The position numbers and the translations under genes are program-made. A DNA stretch of 64,000 nt from a virus, in IMG/VR virus record IMGVR_UViG_3300017746_000001, positions 1 through 64,000 of that record. One strand, 5' to 3'. Positions 46,065 through 55,081 of this stretch are shown here, piece by piece. The notes beneath the pieces were generated by a model, which was not told the DNA's origin, did no database searches, and saw nothing but the letters and a program-made list of their open reading frames with translations. The stretch's first letter is position 1, and each line of letters starts with the position of its first letter.

Positions 46065-48433
46065 TTTTTAGCCCCCCATCTAAGTGCTACTGGACCCATT
46101 TTCTTGCCACCCGATAGTCTAGCATCATATACTAGGCTACCATTTAGTTGTACTTGAGAAACATACAAGTTGCTTGCGTTTTCTATTCCAGGTGAATGAC
46201 CTTCTGATTGGAATTGTTTCGCTACACCTCGGTTGTAATTTACCTTTTTTGATTTGACTAACGGATCGTATGAACCCTTTACAGTTAAGTCTTTGACGAA
46301 AGTTAGATTTCCGAAATCTCTTTCTATTCGCTTGAGGAGTTTTCTGACTTGTGCTGTTGACTTTGAGCCTTTGCTAGCTACAAGCCTACCCGATGAAAGG
46401 TCGTGCTTGGCTAAAATTCTAGGGAGAATGATTCTGTGAGGCACTAAGTTCCCGTTGTCCTTTCTCTTAGCATAGAGAATTTGCATCTTAGGATGACCTT
46501 TGTCCACTTGGTTTCCACTTTTGTCTAATGCGGCTTGCAATAGTTGTTTGGAACCGTACTTCTTACCTCGCCACCTTAGTTTGTCCGGTATTTGCCCTTT
46601 GCCATAGTTATCATACAATTGCTTCAAATCCTCTTCCTTCACTACCTTTTTTAGATACTTCATAGATGGGTGCTTTTCGGTTAGAGTTTTCACATCTATT
46701 TGACTTCTTGGCACTACATCAATTGCTATGGCCTTACCTATTGCCCCCCTAGGGTTCTTCTTCACCTTGCCCCTTCCAGTCTCGGTTTGTCTCAAATCAA
46801 TTTCTCCACCAATTTCTGTGGCGGAATCTACTTCTTCTACTAATGCGGCATCTGTGAATGCGTCGCTGTAATTCTTCGCTCTCCCTAGATCTTCGACGAA
46901 GAAATCAGTAGGCAATATATAAAATGAATCTTCTTTCGCAATTGATGTCGGCCATTTCTTACCAGGCACCTTCCTCAAAGTTACTGTTAGAGTACCTTTT
47001 GGAACTAGGAAGTCGTTTTCTATACCTACTGAAAGGTTGGCGTGTATGATGAACCGTAGAGAAATCGAATCTTGATTAGGCCATTTTGAGAATATTTTTT
47101 TTTCAGGCGTGGATTTACCAGTCAATGCCGCATGGAAAATTGGGATCCAATTTGTTGTGAGATAATTTGCACTTGGTTTGATTGCTGTCAACCCCAATGT
47201 ACCTCTAGTGTTTTTGGTTTTAGCGATTTCAATGTTATCGTTACTGCCTCCCATTGCTAAGTTGCTTTGGTTTGCTGTTTTCATCACTTCATGCATTTTT
47301 GTTGATTTCCAACCATCTCTTGTCGGAGGCATCGACATATCTAGTGATACTAGCAAGGGCTCTGGACTTCCTTTGAATGAGATTTTCGCCTTGTTACTGT
47401 TGTTGTTGTTGTTGTTGTTGTTGCCGCCACCGCCACGATTACGATTGTGACTACTAGAAGCACTACGCCGATTGGCGACACTACCAGGGAGGTATGTCAA
47501 GGAAGATGCGGTGATTACGAACATATCCTTCAATCCTGTTTGGAATGTACTCAGATCCATTCCGTATTCATCTTGTATCGCATCTAGATTTTTCCTAGCA
47601 GTTCCTATTTCTCCCTTCTCGAATGCCTCAACAGCGTTTTTCGCTAGTTCGAATGCTTGGAAAATATGAGTCCCTATACCTTTTCCACTCGATGTCACTA
47701 TGTTTTTTGAGCTTTGAGAAAGTGCGATACTGAATTTCTGTAGGTTGCCATCCATAACAAGTCTCTTTAGGGCTTGAATTGCATCTATTTCCGAATCTTC
47801 CATCGGTTCTGGTCTTGGAAATATTTGCTCGCCAATTTGAGGGTCGTCTAATGTTATCTGAGCTATTGTATATCTGTTGTAAGAATTTACAGGCAGATTA
47901 TTTAGAATTCTTATATGAAGCCCAGGTAAGTCGTGAATATCTAGACCTCTGAAAGATTCCATCTTCTTAGAGAAATCTGGACATTGCGATATTATTTCTT
48001 TGTCCCAAGAAAGGTCAGAGACTTCGTTTCCTATTCTGAGTACACTCTTTTCGTTTGCACCCGTAATCATCCAGTATAGAAAATCCCCTATTACAGCCGC
48101 TTCGAATCTGTCATATCCATCCGGCACTTGAGACAAGTAGTTTGCATGGTCTCTATCACTATTGGACCAATCCTCTGCAAACTCGAACAATGTTTCCCTA
48201 ACAATTACAGGTAATTTTTCTGTATTGCTGTAATTCTTGATTTGTTTTTGTGTCAGAGAGTTTATCATGCCATACAAGTCATCTATTACAGGATATTTCG
48301 ATACTGTTGCTAGAGTTCTTTCCCTTCCTGGTTTTTTCAGCAATTTTGTTTTACTGAATGCCTTCGGTTGTTTATCATAGAATCTTTCTGAGTCTCCTAC
48401 CGGATTCTTCTTGATGACTTTCTTCCTTGGCAT
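46061..48433 (-). CDS. 790-aa hypothetical protein with two KKNP motifs
   Basis: KKNPVG near the N-terminus and KKNPRG internally; GGGG-poly-N linker. Confidence 0.8.
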   Translation of the reverse strand: MPRKKVIKKNPVGDSERFYDKQPKAFSKTKLLKKPGRERTLATVSKYPVIDDLYGMINSLTQKQIKNYSNTEKLPVIVRETLFEFAEDWSNSDRDHANYLSQVPDGYDRFEAAVIGDFLYWMITGANEKSVLRIGNEVSDLSWDKEIISQCPDFSKKMESFRGLDIHDLPGLHIRILNNLPVNSYNRYTIAQITLDDPQIGEQIFPRPEPMEDSEIDAIQALKRLVMDGNLQKFSIALSQSSKNIVTSSGKGIGTHIFQAFELAKNAVEAFEKGEIGTARKNLDAIQDEYGMDLSTFQTGLKDMFVITASSLTYLPGSVANRRSASSSHNRNRGGGGNNNNNNNNSNKAKISFKGSPEPLLVSLDMSMPPTRDGWKSTKMHEVMKTANQSNLAMGGSNDNIEIAKTKNTRGTLGLTAIKPSANYLTTNWIPIFHAALTGKSTPEKKIFSKWPNQDSISLRFIIHANLSVGIENDFLVPKGTLTVTLRKVPGKKWPTSIAKEDSFYILPTDFFVEDLGRAKNYSDAFTDAALVEEVDSATEIGGEIDLRQTETGRGKVKKNPRGAIGKAIAIDVVPRSQIDVKTLTEKHPSMKYLKKVVKEEDLKQLYDNYGKGQIPDKLRWRGKKYGSKQLLQAALDKSGNQVDKGHPKMQILYAKRKDNGNLVPHRIILPRILAKHDLSSGRLVASKGSKSTAQVRKLLKRIERDFGNLTFVKDLTVKGSYDPLVKSKKVNYNRGVAKQFQSEGHSPGIENASNLYVSQVQLNGSLVYDARLSGGKKMGPVALRWGAKK
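47398..47423. repeat. (AAC)n microsatellite encoding poly-Asn
   Basis: About 8 GTT units on the plus strand. Confidence 0.85.
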
Positions 48434-48443
48434 TGTATCACAC

Positions 48444-49775
48444 TCACAGGTCAGTAATTATTTCGTCAGTTGGTGCTGTCCAATCCATAACGGGGGTCTG
48501 TCTTTTTCTTCTCATCTTCTTGTCTGCGAATTTGTATTTCTGCCTTGTAGCATACATCTTGGAGATAAAGTAAAATCCTAATCCGGCTACTGCTATTCCT
48601 CCAAATGTAGTATGATTTGGATTGTTATTCGTCCAACCCGCAGTTCTCATAGGGGATGAGTAAAGTGCCTCATTCTTTTTTTCATGCATGGCTGCAAGTT
48701 TACCTGCCGCTTTGTGCCGTTGTGACGAGTGTTCTTCGTTTGTAACTAAGTGAGTATTTGGACTTCTAGGGTCGAATGGAGTAAACACGCTTGTGTTCGA
48801 GCTTTGCGCCCCTTGAGGTGTAGGGCCACGATAATTTGCGTTTTCCATTCCACTTACCCTTATCCCGTCGCCCGAATTATGTGTTGAGCCTAATTGAGAT
48901 ATTCTATGTTGGCGGCCAGAAGATACGAACATACCTCCTGCAAGAGTGGTTTGGGCCGCTTCTCTGTTTAGCAGAGACATTGCTTTATCCAATACTCTGT
49001 CCATTTGCCCCAGTATTATTGAAGGATCACTACTGAATTGTTTTATTGAAGCCATCTGTTCTGTAAATATACTACCTTTTCCAAGTAAATTTTCTATTTG
49101 CTGATAATCACCGTATGGAATTAGCGACTGTTTCTTTGATGACTTGGCTTCTGCAAGAATCATCTCTCTCGTAGTCATACGCTCGGCTACTTCTCCTTTC
49201 ATTGCAACAGCCTCAGCACCCTTAGAGGATGCGATTAGAGTCGCTTCTAGTCCTTCCAAAGCGGCCTTTGAGTTTGCAATCGCTATTTGCTTATCTTCAA
49301 TCGTACCGAATGCAGGAACCATTGAGAGCGCTTTATCTCTTGCTCTATCTATTGTACGGAGATCGTGGTCAGTCATACTTTGGAGCCCTGCTGAGTGTAT
49401 TGAAAGTAATTTATTCCATCCACCAATCAGGCTTTCTGTCACATCTTTCAACGGAATAACTCCCGATTGTGTAGCACCAAGTAAGAATAAATCGTGTTTG
49501 CTGTTGTGAGTAAGAGACAAGTCTGAAAGTATTCTTTCAATTTCATTTTTAGCATCTAACCATAGAGATTCACTACCTAGTAAATCTGCTCCTTCTGAAG
49601 CTACTGCCCATTCGGCTACTATGGCCTCAACTGCGTTTAATCTATCTGTTCCAACATACTGCCCTACACCTAATCTGGAGGCCATATTGTTGACTTCTGC
49701 CATCTTTGTTTCTATGGCTGTGTCTGCACTCATGTTATGCGCATAGGGGTATAGAGGATAAACTCGACCCGTCAC
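48444..49775 (-). CDS. Putative virion membrane-anchored protein
   Basis: C-terminal TM (GIAVAGLGFYFI); N-terminus MTGRVYPLYPYAxNM shared with the transglutaminase-like gene. Confidence 0.75.
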   Translation of the reverse strand: MTGRVYPLYPYAHNMSADTAIETKMAEVNNMASRLGVGQYVGTDRLNAVEAIVAEWAVASEGADLLGSESLWLDAKNEIERILSDLSLTHNSKHDLFLLGATQSGVIPLKDVTESLIGGWNKLLSIHSAGLQSMTDHDLRTIDRARDKALSMVPAFGTIEDKQIAIANSKAALEGLEATLIASSKGAEAVAMKGEVAERMTTREMILAEAKSSKKQSLIPYGDYQQIENLLGKGSIFTEQMASIKQFSSDPSIILGQMDRVLDKAMSLLNREAAQTTLAGGMFVSSGRQHRISQLGSTHNSGDGIRVSGMENANYRGPTPQGAQSSNTSVFTPFDPRSPNTHLVTNEEHSSQRHKAAGKLAAMHEKKNEALYSSPMRTAGWTNNNPNHTTFGGIAVAGLGFYFISKMYATRQKYKFADKKMRRKRQTPVMDWTAPTDEIITDL

Positions 49776-49786
49776 ACCGTTACGGT
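49731..49786. repeat. Copy 1 of a 56-bp gene-junction repeat
   Basis: 49741-49786 is identical to 61041-61086 (46 bp); 54 of 56 bases match over the full span. Confidence 0.95.
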
Positions 49787-50415
49787 GTTAATATTAATGG
49801 AGCGACAGTTGGAATGTAAAATGATGCGATATAACCCATTAAAAGCAATAATCCAATAGGAATTATGCCCATAAGAGGGTCTGCTAGGAATCGGAACAAC
49901 GGCAACCCTCCATAATCAGGTTTTCCGTCTTGATCTATGTCTAAATCTATATTGGTAAAGGCTTGAATTGGGGTTTGAGCCCAATCGGGAATCGGTAGGT
50001 CTTTTCTTGCGAAGTCATGGACTGTGTATCTTCCCCCTCCGTCTGTTGAATAAGGCCAAATCACCGTAGGATAGTATGTCGAGAAAGGCGCAACGATTTT
50101 CTTTTTCTGCCCATTCTTGAGTATGTGACCATCGTATGGACTTAATTTGTAATCCTTGAACATTGAAAATATATTCTTCGAGTCTCTAGCCGCATCTGTC
50201 TTTGAGAGCATCGTTACTGTCGTAGCCCCCCTTGAGACATCATCCACCCATGTCCTGTCACTAGGACTTGGTATAACACCTATGAGTTTGCTAACTGCAT
50301 CCTCTACTGATACTTGTATTGGGCCATAGCCGAATTCTCTTTTGTATAGGTGATTTATTGTATCAACCACATCTGACGCTTCATCAGAAAATTCCTCTCT
50401 AACCTTGTTAAACAA
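49780..50415 (-). CDS. Membrane-anchored protein
   Basis: C-terminal TM (MGIIPIGLLLLMGYIASFYI). Confidence 0.7.
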   Translation of the reverse strand: MFNKVREEFSDEASDVVDTINHLYKREFGYGPIQVSVEDAVSKLIGVIPSPSDRTWVDDVSRGATTVTMLSKTDAARDSKNIFSMFKDYKLSPYDGHILKNGQKKKIVAPFSTYYPTVIWPYSTDGGGRYTVHDFARKDLPIPDWAQTPIQAFTNIDLDIDQDGKPDYGGLPLFRFLADPLMGIIPIGLLLLMGYIASFYIPTVAPLILTP

Positions 50416-50426
50416 TGCATCATCCC

Positions 50427-51086
50427 CTAATCACCAGCAGTCACTTCAATTATTTCATCGGGTATGTCTGCTGCTGCTGCAAATAAGTTAGGTAATGATT
50501 TTCTTACAGCGAAAGAAACAGCGATTATTCCTAAAGGAACATACACAAGATTCCAAGTCCCTGCTAGTGCGTTGAATCCTGTCCTTACCCAGAAGTTATC
50601 GACTTCGTGCGCTTCGTATCTTGAACCGTCTTTCTGAGAGAATATATTCCATAGTCCAGGCATATAATCTGCTGCAGAGGTCCTAGATACTGTTGAAGGG
50701 AATATTTCTTCCGAAATAGAATTTATCCAATCCGTCCTTCCCTTTTGTGCTTGTTTGTAAAAGTATAGTGAGTCGAAGTCCTGTCCTGGAATCATTTTTG
50801 CCCATCCAGGATTCAGTAAGAGAGAATCGGCATTCAAGGGATCTGTGGGGTCTAGCATCCCTGGCGCATTTGCTGATGGGTCTTTTGGCGCACCGTCTTC
50901 GTTAGGGTCTACTGCGAATTCTAACCATGACCGAGGTTGAGGCATTGCATCAAGTCTCATCAAAAATGCACTATCTGTCTCCCCTGAAATTAGTTCTGCG
51001 TTGCTAAGGGCATCTTGCCTTGCTTCGGTTTCGTTTTGCCATGCTAAATATTGGTCTATCTTGTAAGGACTCATTGTTTGTGCCAT
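50427..51086 (-). CDS. Membrane-anchored protein
   Basis: TM LVYVPLGIIAVSFAV; DGSRYEAHE resembles DGGGRYTVHD of the neighbouring ORF. Confidence 0.7.
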   Translation of the reverse strand: MAQTMSPYKIDQYLAWQNETEARQDALSNAELISGETDSAFLMRLDAMPQPRSWLEFAVDPNEDGAPKDPSANAPGMLDPTDPLNADSLLLNPGWAKMIPGQDFDSLYFYKQAQKGRTDWINSISEEIFPSTVSRTSAADYMPGLWNIFSQKDGSRYEAHEVDNFWVRTGFNALAGTWNLVYVPLGIIAVSFAVRKSLPNLFAAAADIPDEIIEVTAGD

Positions 51087-51451
51087 TATCTTTGCCTCCC
51101 GTATGCTTGGTCAAAAGATGTACCGCTAAAGGTTTGATACACCTCTGGAGATTCGTTTCTCAATACTGAAAACGCTGTTGCCCATAATGCTAGTTCTTCT
51201 AGTGGTTTTAGACTTCTGGAATATTTGAAAAATTGTTCTTTTTTGACAGACCGAGCATCATCTAAGGTCATTAAAGTAGCTAATGCTAACAATCCTGTAT
51301 AGGGGTTGATTGTTCCTTCGAAAACGAATCGTTGCGGATTGACTAACAAATTCGACAGGGCAAATCCGACTAGAGGGAAGGCAGGAATCATCTTTCCTAC
51401 TTTTCCTAGCTTGGTCATCTTCCTCACCTTCCTTGTCTTTACTTCACTCAT
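51086..51451 (-). CDS. Small membrane protein
   Basis: Hydrophobic segments; GGGTGA RBS. Confidence 0.65.
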   Translation of the reverse strand: MSEVKTRKVRKMTKLGKVGKMIPAFPLVGFALSNLLVNPQRFVFEGTINPYTGLLALATLMTLDDARSVKKEQFFKYSRSLKPLEELALWATAFSVLRNESPEVYQTFSGTSFDQAYGRQR

Positions 51452-51455
51452 CTAA

Positions 51456-52124
51456 TCACCCCGCTATGAATCCCATCGTGTCTGGATCTTCCGGCTCGAC
51501 TATAGGAGCGTAGAGAATGTCACTTACTGGCTTGCCATCCCATTCCAGCGCACCTAACGAATCGAATGCCTTTGTTCTTCCAAGCCCTTTGTCCACATCA
51601 TTTCTGCCTTGCCCATAAACGCCTTGACTAACGCCTGTTGATTGACCTTGAGATTGACCTTGAGATTGAGAAGTAGTGGCTTGCATCGTCGAGCTTGTTG
51701 TCTTGTACTCGACTTGGCCGATTTGAGCAGGGTAGCGGTTCAACCAGAGGCCGATTGGGTCCTCCGAGTATAACCATCCCTTCCCACTACTTGTGGAGTC
51801 TATTCGAGGTAAAGCACCCCCGCCCTTCAAAGCAGTTGTCACACGATCTAATGCTGCATCTATGCCTGCAGTAACACGCAGGGACATTCCTGAATATAAT
51901 GCACCATCGAAATCCTTCTTGATTAGTGTCTTCCCTAAAAATGTGTCTTGTCTTCTCAATTCGTGCTTTGTCTGTTCAATCCATCTTTCTATATCGGGTA
52001 TCGAAGATGCTCCTGGTACGATTTGACCCCCTTCTATAGTGGATTCGGACTGTATTACGAATGTTTCAGTCGCTACTACTTCCCCAGAAGAATTCTTAAT
52101 GACTGCTCGGACTGTTTTACTCAT
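51456..52124 (-). CDS. Hypothetical protein
   Basis: SQGQ repeats; KGLG and DSLG near the C-terminus. Confidence 0.7.
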   Translation of the reverse strand: MSKTVRAVIKNSSGEVVATETFVIQSESTIEGGQIVPGASSIPDIERWIEQTKHELRRQDTFLGKTLIKKDFDGALYSGMSLRVTAGIDAALDRVTTALKGGGALPRIDSTSSGKGWLYSEDPIGLWLNRYPAQIGQVEYKTTSSTMQATTSQSQGQSQGQSTGVSQGVYGQGRNDVDKGLGRTKAFDSLGALEWDGKPVSDILYAPIVEPEDPDTMGFIAG

Positions 52125-55078
52125 AATCTCGGCACCCCACCTGCTGCGATTTCTCTCATAATTCTCTCGTGTTCTGCTGCTGTTGCGGCTTTACCCTCTT
52201 GAGATGCGGCATAGGCTTCTGCTGCTGCCACGGCTTCTGCTACTGCGGCTTCTTTAGCAGCAATTTCATTGTTTGATAGTCCGTTTCGCCATGTGATGTA
52301 GCCATCTCCGTCTGTGTTCATTGAAGCTATTGTTGAAGGTAGGCCGTCGCCTGTGTTGTTGTTATTTGCTGATGCGTTCTGCGTAGGCAAACTGTTCAAT
52401 ATGTTTTGAACTGCTTGTGGCAGTTGAGATGTTGTGTTTGTTGCTTGATTATTGGCTATCTTTTGGAATCGCTCTGCTTCTTGGAGACTATTGATATATG
52501 ACTTTACGGCACTTTCAGCACTATTGGATGTGCTAAAACTATCTTGAAGGGCTAATACTGATGAATAATTAAAATATTCTCCGTTAGAGGCTTCGGGCGG
52601 ATAAAGCGTGTATGCCCAACCCCTGTTTTGCCCCATAAAATTAGACAGGTCTGCTATTTCATAGTAATAGCCCATGTAAGAGCTTGGTCCCGTTTGTATT
52701 GGGGGTACTGGCTTAGGCGTTGGCTGTATTGGTCCTGGAACTATTGGAACGGTTTCTTCCTCCACATCTTCTATAAAAGCAGTAAATTCTTCGGGACTAC
52801 TTAACACTTCCACGGAATTAGTTGGGTACGCGACAATATCTTCATTACCCACAGGATAGAATACTAGAATATCTTCTGCTGATGTTAGATTGTATGCTCT
52901 CTTATATCCAATTTCCGATACAGCAAATCTCTGCTTACCTGCAATATCAAGCGGAGAATCTAGGTCATAAGCCCCCATATACTGTACTGTTGGGCTAGTT
53001 CCTCTCTGAACTGCGATCCTACTTACCTTCCATTTTGTTCCTGCAGGTGTCGGGTCTATCCCTAATACTACTGGCCCTGTTGATTCTTGAGTTATCTCAA
53101 TGGTTTCGTTAAATGAAATACTTGGTTTCGTTGTTTTTTCAACTTGGATTGTCTCCATCGCTTCGCCAATTTCCACTTCGGCAGGCAAAGGCGGTAATAG
53201 GACTTCGAAGTAATCGAAAGCTTCCTCATTACTTGCTGTCCCTGCTGCGTTCGGCCAACCCTTATCGATAGCAGTAAGGCTTCTGATAGCATAAATTGTA
53301 TTGGTTTCTGCAGATTTACCAGTAGGCAATCTTGGAATTGGATTTTTTAGGTTATAATCGACGATTGTCAATGAACTGTCAATCATTTTTACCCCTGCTG
53401 CACCTATTGGCGTAGTGTCTCTTTCGCTTGTATCTCGGAAGAAAACCCCTGCAGGTACACTAAATGTCCCTATTTTGTTATCGGTTTTTTCCCCTGTTTC
53501 GGTTTGAGATATAATGAATGCATCATATACACCAGGAGGAAGCACCACAGATGCAACTCCTGACAGATCTGTTGCAGTAGTGATTGTATCTCTTGCTGAA
53601 AGCCAAGTATTTTCATTTGAGGGGCGGAATTCAACATTCATCAACCTTACAGGGATTTTATCGTCGAAGTCTAAGGCTTCTCTCGCTGCTTCTCCTGCTG
53701 TTGATTGATATTCTTCTTGAGTGATTACCCCATCAGAGTTTCTGTCAGCTTGTTCCCAAAGTGCTGTTTGCTTCAATCTAGATATTTTCAGCCTTAGCCT
53801 TACAGTTTGATGGTTTGGTAAATCTGAAATTTTATTTAGGGTTGACCATTTACTGATTACTTGGCCGTTTTCATTCATTACTAGATGCATCGGTACTGGT
53901 TCTAGGTAAATTGGGACTCTTACTTCGTGTGAAGTCCCCATTCCTGTAAAAGAAAACACTTGGTTTGTTAGAACTTGTCCGGACTTAGGGGGTGAAATGC
54001 TTCCTTTACGGTCATTTGGACCGCGAGATGTATTACTGTAAGTTTTCAATCGTGCGTCCGACCATGCAGACTGGGTATGAAGCTCTGGAACTAATACTTG
54101 GACTCTAAATGTGCCTCTGTGCGGTATTTCATCGTTTATTTTGTATCTAAATAATTGGTGTTGGCCGTCTGTTGAATCTATATCGTTTTCAAAAAGCGTC
54201 GCACCAGAAGGAAAGTTTCCAGGGTCTTTACCCGCATTTGTTCTATCGTAAGCCTCTCTTAAGTTGATTGCGCCTTTTACACTTACCGCATACGGTAAAT
54301 TCTCTATCTTGTTACCTTTCTGATCTATGAATGTGATTTTGAATCTTGAATAGGGAGTGTTGGGTAGTAAAGTCTCATTTTCGTTTGAAGAGAAGTTGTT
54401 TAGTGACCCTTCATATTCTGACATTTGATATGCACTTCTTACTACTCTGTTGGCTCTTAAGATTTCAGCAATGACATTAGGCTCGATATAATCCATCAAA
54501 ACAGACTCTCTCATATCTTTTAGGGCTTGCATTCTTACTTCTTTTGGATAAGACCTATAGTAAATAGCAGCGTTTCTGTATGCAGTTTCTTTCCCCCAAA
54601 TGAACCCCTCTGGGAATCTTAGATCTAATGCAGTCTTTTGCGACCCCATGTGATTTACTCCTGGCCTTTGCAATTCTTGGATTAGTGGTTTTTCGAAACT
54701 CTCTAGTGAAGTTAGAATTGAATCTAAATCTTGGAAGGATGTGGCTAACTGTACCTTTACCCCCGTTGATGATCCAGAACCATGACCAGATATAGAATAT
54801 TGTTGGAATTTGGCATATGCGGTTTTAGCATCTCTTTCAACAAAATTTGTGCCATCTGCTGAATTATCAAAGGTTGTGGGGTACAACTTCTTTTGTTGAG
54901 GTGTTGTGTAGTTTTCCACTATGATATAGCATAACCCACCACTTTCATGTCGAGCAGAAAGTAATGATAAGTTTTCTTGATATTTTGCTACACTCCAATT
55001 ATAATTTGCTGTACCGCTACCTGAATTCGAAGCGCTACCAAGCGCTCTCAATCTCAAAGAACGGTAATCTGCTTGCAT
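52121..55078 (-). CDS. Large putative virion protein (985 aa)
   Basis: RALGS near the N-terminus; EF-hand-like DRNSDGVITQEE; beta-rich. Confidence 0.75.
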   Translation of the reverse strand: MQADYRSLRLRALGSASNSGSGTANYNWSVAKYQENLSLLSARHESGGLCYIIVENYTTPQQKKLYPTTFDNSADGTNFVERDAKTAYAKFQQYSISGHGSGSSTGVKVQLATSFQDLDSILTSLESFEKPLIQELQRPGVNHMGSQKTALDLRFPEGFIWGKETAYRNAAIYYRSYPKEVRMQALKDMRESVLMDYIEPNVIAEILRANRVVRSAYQMSEYEGSLNNFSSNENETLLPNTPYSRFKITFIDQKGNKIENLPYAVSVKGAINLREAYDRTNAGKDPGNFPSGATLFENDIDSTDGQHQLFRYKINDEIPHRGTFRVQVLVPELHTQSAWSDARLKTYSNTSRGPNDRKGSISPPKSGQVLTNQVFSFTGMGTSHEVRVPIYLEPVPMHLVMNENGQVISKWSTLNKISDLPNHQTVRLRLKISRLKQTALWEQADRNSDGVITQEEYQSTAGEAAREALDFDDKIPVRLMNVEFRPSNENTWLSARDTITTATDLSGVASVVLPPGVYDAFIISQTETGEKTDNKIGTFSVPAGVFFRDTSERDTTPIGAAGVKMIDSSLTIVDYNLKNPIPRLPTGKSAETNTIYAIRSLTAIDKGWPNAAGTASNEEAFDYFEVLLPPLPAEVEIGEAMETIQVEKTTKPSISFNETIEITQESTGPVVLGIDPTPAGTKWKVSRIAVQRGTSPTVQYMGAYDLDSPLDIAGKQRFAVSEIGYKRAYNLTSAEDILVFYPVGNEDIVAYPTNSVEVLSSPEEFTAFIEDVEEETVPIVPGPIQPTPKPVPPIQTGPSSYMGYYYEIADLSNFMGQNRGWAYTLYPPEASNGEYFNYSSVLALQDSFSTSNSAESAVKSYINSLQEAERFQKIANNQATNTTSQLPQAVQNILNSLPTQNASANNNNTGDGLPSTIASMNTDGDGYITWRNGLSNNEIAAKEAAVAEAVAAAEAYAASQEGKAATAAEHERIMREIAAGGVPRL

Positions 55079-55081
55079 TAC

